From an uncultured virus (IMG/VR IMGVR_UViG_2061766007_001954) (taxonomy: Duplodnaviria > Heunggongvirae > Uroviricota > Caudoviricetes): a DNA stretch of 47,181 bases. Below the pieces are notes generated by a model, which worked only from the letters and a program-made list of their open reading frames with translations, was not told the DNA's origin and did not search any database. Made by a program: the position numbers and the translations under genes. Location: IMG/VR virus record IMGVR_UViG_2061766007_001954; one strand, 5' to 3'. Every line of letters starts with the position of its first letter. The first letter of the stretch is position 1. Below are positions 44,960-47,181 of the stretch, piece by piece.

Positions 44960-44986
44960 TTAAGATTTTACCGCCTTATAAATGGG

Positions 44987-45020
44987 AAGCCCCAGGCAAT
45001 TAAGTCTGGGGCTTTCTTTT
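44987..45020 (+). terminator. intrinsic terminator
   Basis: AAGCCCCAG...CTGGGGCTT followed by TCTTTT. Confidence 0.8.
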
Positions 45021-45171
45021 ATTCTACAACTGGCTCTTCGATTGCACCGAATAGATACCACAACTCTCTGTAGAATTCCACTGTGCCTTGATAAAAGATC
45101 TCTTCCATAGGGATCACCTCCATGGTGTTACAGTAGTGTTAACCACCAACAGCCAACAAAGGAGATAACCA

Positions 45172-45477
45172 ATGGCTAAAAAGAAAAACGTCGAATGCGA
45201 TGCTCCTGTCATCCGCTATGAAGCTGATCCCGAGAGCTTCAAGACTATCGTTCTGAAAGTGCACAAGAAGTTGCCGTCTGGCGATGATATCTATGCAGAT
45301 GCAGCTCCTATCAGCGCAGGTGAGAAGGATGCTATGATCATGTCCCAGGAATTTCCTGAGGATGCGTTTGTCACTGTATATGCGAACGGCATTCCAACTA
45401 CGCTTTCTGTTACGGAGCTTGTGCGCGATACTGTAATTTCGATCCTTGCGCAATCCAGACCCGAATACGAAGACTAA
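45172..45477 (+). CDS. hypothetical protein
   Basis: AAGGAG RBS; 101 aa. Confidence 0.7.
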   Translation: MAKKKNVECDAPVIRYEADPESFKTIVLKVHKKLPSGDDIYADAAPISAGEKDAMIMSQEFPEDAFVTVYANGIPTTLSVTELVRDTVISILAQSRPEYED

Positions 45478-45489
45478 GGAGACTTTATT

Positions 45490-46005
45490 ATGGGAAGACG
45501 CACTACCAAAAAGACGCAACTCGACAACCATATCCAGGAACATGCCGATGATCGCATTCAGTTCTCGCTGGTCAGCGATCAGATTGGCGTGATTGATCTG
45601 GATGTCGCCATCGGCGATCTGTTCGACAATCTGACTCTTGTGTACATCGACGATGCTATGAAAGCCAACATGAAGCTTGGTAAGATGTATGAATACTCTG
45701 CCGTGGCTTTCAAGGGTGCCTGCAAGCCTGAGCCCATGTATATGTTTGCAGCCGGGGTCGACCCAGAGTCTGAAGACCTGTTTAATTTCGAAGACCGCGA
45801 ATATGAATCTATTATGTGCTATGCGTTTCCTGTGGAGAAGCTGCAGGAGTGGACTGTAAAGTCGCATGTGCAAAAGCCTCTTGTTATGACCTATAAGGTC
45901 GAAGACATCGATATCGAGGAGCTTACAGATATGCTTGAAGAGGGCACCACTCCTGAAGAAGTTGACGCATGGCTCCGGGAACACGGCGCGACCCCTATTG
46001 ACTAA
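45490..46005 (+). CDS. acidic hypothetical protein
   Basis: AAGGAG RBS; 171 aa. Confidence 0.7.
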   Translation: MGRRTTKKTQLDNHIQEHADDRIQFSLVSDQIGVIDLDVAIGDLFDNLTLVYIDDAMKANMKLGKMYEYSAVAFKGACKPEPMYMFAAGVDPESEDLFNFEDREYESIMCYAFPVEKLQEWTVKSHVQKPLVMTYKVEDIDIEELTDMLEEGTTPEEVDAWLREHGATPID

Positions 46006-46016
46006 GGAGAACTATT

Positions 46017-46454
46017 ATGAAAGCTATTTTTTATGAAACAGGTAAGTCCTTCCAACAGCAGAAGAAGGAAGCTGACAAGAAGCATCAGCCTATGTATATG
46101 ACGTTGAAGCTTAAGGCGAGCGCCAACGATCTGTATTATTCCGCAGGTCCGATTGATCTTACGATCAGCGCGGGCTCGCTGGAACGTTGCCGCAGACTTT
46201 ATGTCAGTGATAGTCTTACAAGCAAACTCGCGCTGGGTACTGTGTATCGTGTGAGCGGTGCTGAAAGCTATCTGGCTGACCCGCGCATTCTTGTGCGTCT
46301 GCGTTGGCAGGACAGCAAGGGCTACTTTGCAAAGGGCAAGATCAAGAAGGATGAGCCTGTGGAAGAGCATATCTTCGCTATCCCTGAAGACGTGTTTCTT
46401 AAGGGCGCCTATGTTCCGACTGAGGGACGGATGGCTAGCCAGATCAGTGCATAA
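46017..46454 (+). CDS. hypothetical protein
   Basis: AAGGAG RBS; 145 aa. Confidence 0.7.
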   Translation: MKAIFYETGKSFQQQKKEADKKHQPMYMTLKLKASANDLYYSAGPIDLTISAGSLERCRRLYVSDSLTSKLALGTVYRVSGAESYLADPRILVRLRWQDSKGYFAKGKIKKDEPVEEHIFAIPEDVFLKGAYVPTEGRMASQISA

Positions 46455-46606
46455 TATCTCCTCGTGGTTGAGGTTCCAATAGTCGGGCGCGAGAACTCAG
46501 GTATTCATATTAATAACACCTTTCGATGCGTAAGAACATTTCTTAACTGAGTGGCGACCATATCGGGCTGGGTTTCGATTGTGATTTTCCCGCCGATCCC
46601 GACGAT

Positions 46607-46638
46607 GAGGGCAGGTTCCGTTGGGCCTGCCCTCTTTT
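46607..46638 (+). terminator. intrinsic terminator
   Basis: GAGGGCAGG...CCTGCCCTC followed by TTTT. Confidence 0.75.
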
Positions 46639-46656
46639 CATATCTACAGGTTTGAT

Positions 46657-46670
46657 GGCATAATATATTG
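46657..46670 (+). promoter_or_regulatory. promoter-like element GGCATAATATATTG
   Basis: One-mismatch copy of the recurring motif, after a terminator. Confidence 0.6.
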
Positions 46671-46900
46671 GAGGGTTCTACGGCTCCCTCCGCACAGTTT
46701 GACCATGTGAGTCGGACGCGATAAAAGCAGCTGGTTACTCCAAAGACCTCAGGCCGGTTATTCCTTTCTGTAACCTCTCCGGCTGATCTGCTGACCTGGC
46801 GACCATACCAGTATTGGGTGCTTCTCCATACGTTCCCGCTGGTTCCGACTACGTACCTTGAGACAGCTCTGTTGCATTGTGCAGGGCTGTCTCTTCTTTA
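46670..46900 (+). ncRNA. putative small RNA or structured leader
   Basis: Lies between the promoter motif and a GAGACAGC/GCTGTCTC+TTCTTT terminator; long irregular hairpin closed by AGTCGGA/TCCGACT. Confidence 0.4.
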
Positions 46901-46925
46901 ACCACAAACAATAAGGAATTACACA

Positions 46926-47069
46926 ATGTCCAAGATACAAATTTTCAATGCCGTCATCGTCATCATGTTTTTCATCGCACTGTATGTGTCGCTTTGCGAC
47001 TGGGCAGAAGATCTGGGTCAGCTGATCCATGACTATCTGCGATCCAGAAAGGAGAAAACCCGATGCTGA
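46926..47069 (+). CDS. small membrane protein (47 aa)
   Basis: AAGGA RBS; own translation MSKIQIFNAVIVIMFFIALYVSL... Confidence 0.5.
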   Translation: MSKIQIFNAVIVIMFFIALYVSLCDWAEDLGQLIHDYLRSRKEKTRC

Positions 47070-47181
47070 TTACGCTGCTTGTAACCGTGCTGATAATCCC
47101 AGGAAGCTTTTTGCTGATTGGTGTAATTATTGGCTTACTATTAACACTCTTGTCGAAACTGACCGGCAAGAATATTCACTT
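47063..47181 (+). CDS. small membrane protein (runs off the window)
   Basis: AAGGAG RBS; MLITLLVTVLIIPGSFLLIGVIIGLLL... Confidence 0.5.
   Translation, partial: MLITLLVTVLIIPGSFLLIGVIIGLLLTLLSKLTGKNIH

Noticed and set aside
1..47181. CRISPR array or alternative genetic code
   Set aside because: No regularly spaced repeats were seen, and known genes are full length in the standard code.

Overview
The window is a segment of a large, probably jumbo-class, dsDNA bacteriophage from a gapped metagenomic scaffold. Genes are dense, mostly on the + strand, and often have overlapping stop/start codons. The N-gaps are usually flanked by near-duplicate alleles, which I read as assembly bubbles, and 34882-36773 appears to be placed in the wrong orientation. 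Recognisable genes: dUTPase, a divergent sigma-70, a LigD-phosphoesterase/ATP-dependent DNA ligase fusion, Rnl2 RNA ligase, a kinase-phosphoesterase-ligase RNA repair enzyme, DUF3310, patatin, a Pol-beta nucleotidyltransferase, an RNAP alpha-CTD-like protein, NadD and an RlmN-like radical SAM enzyme. Five things stand out. (1) A complete diversity-generating retroelement (DGR): a 1061-aa C-type-lectin-type adhesin target, a 109-nt VR/TR pair with 20 of 20 mismatches at TR adenines, and an RT with a C-terminal extension but no visible Avd. (2) A ~1.2-kb non-coding RNA unit holding an 80-nt tmRNA-like RNA reduced to its tRNA-like domain, a second tRNA mimic, a tRNA-Glu(CUC) with a 53-nt insert in the anticodon stem, and further unclassified structured RNAs. 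(3) A ~9-kb tandem array of about 24 divergent Trp-rich paralogues sharing a [C/S/N/T]-P-Y motif. (4) A recurring GGCATAATATAATG promoter-like element. (5) Host-like surface-protein genes that hint at a Lentisphaerota/PVC host. All calls come from motif reading and manual base-pairing; no searches were run.
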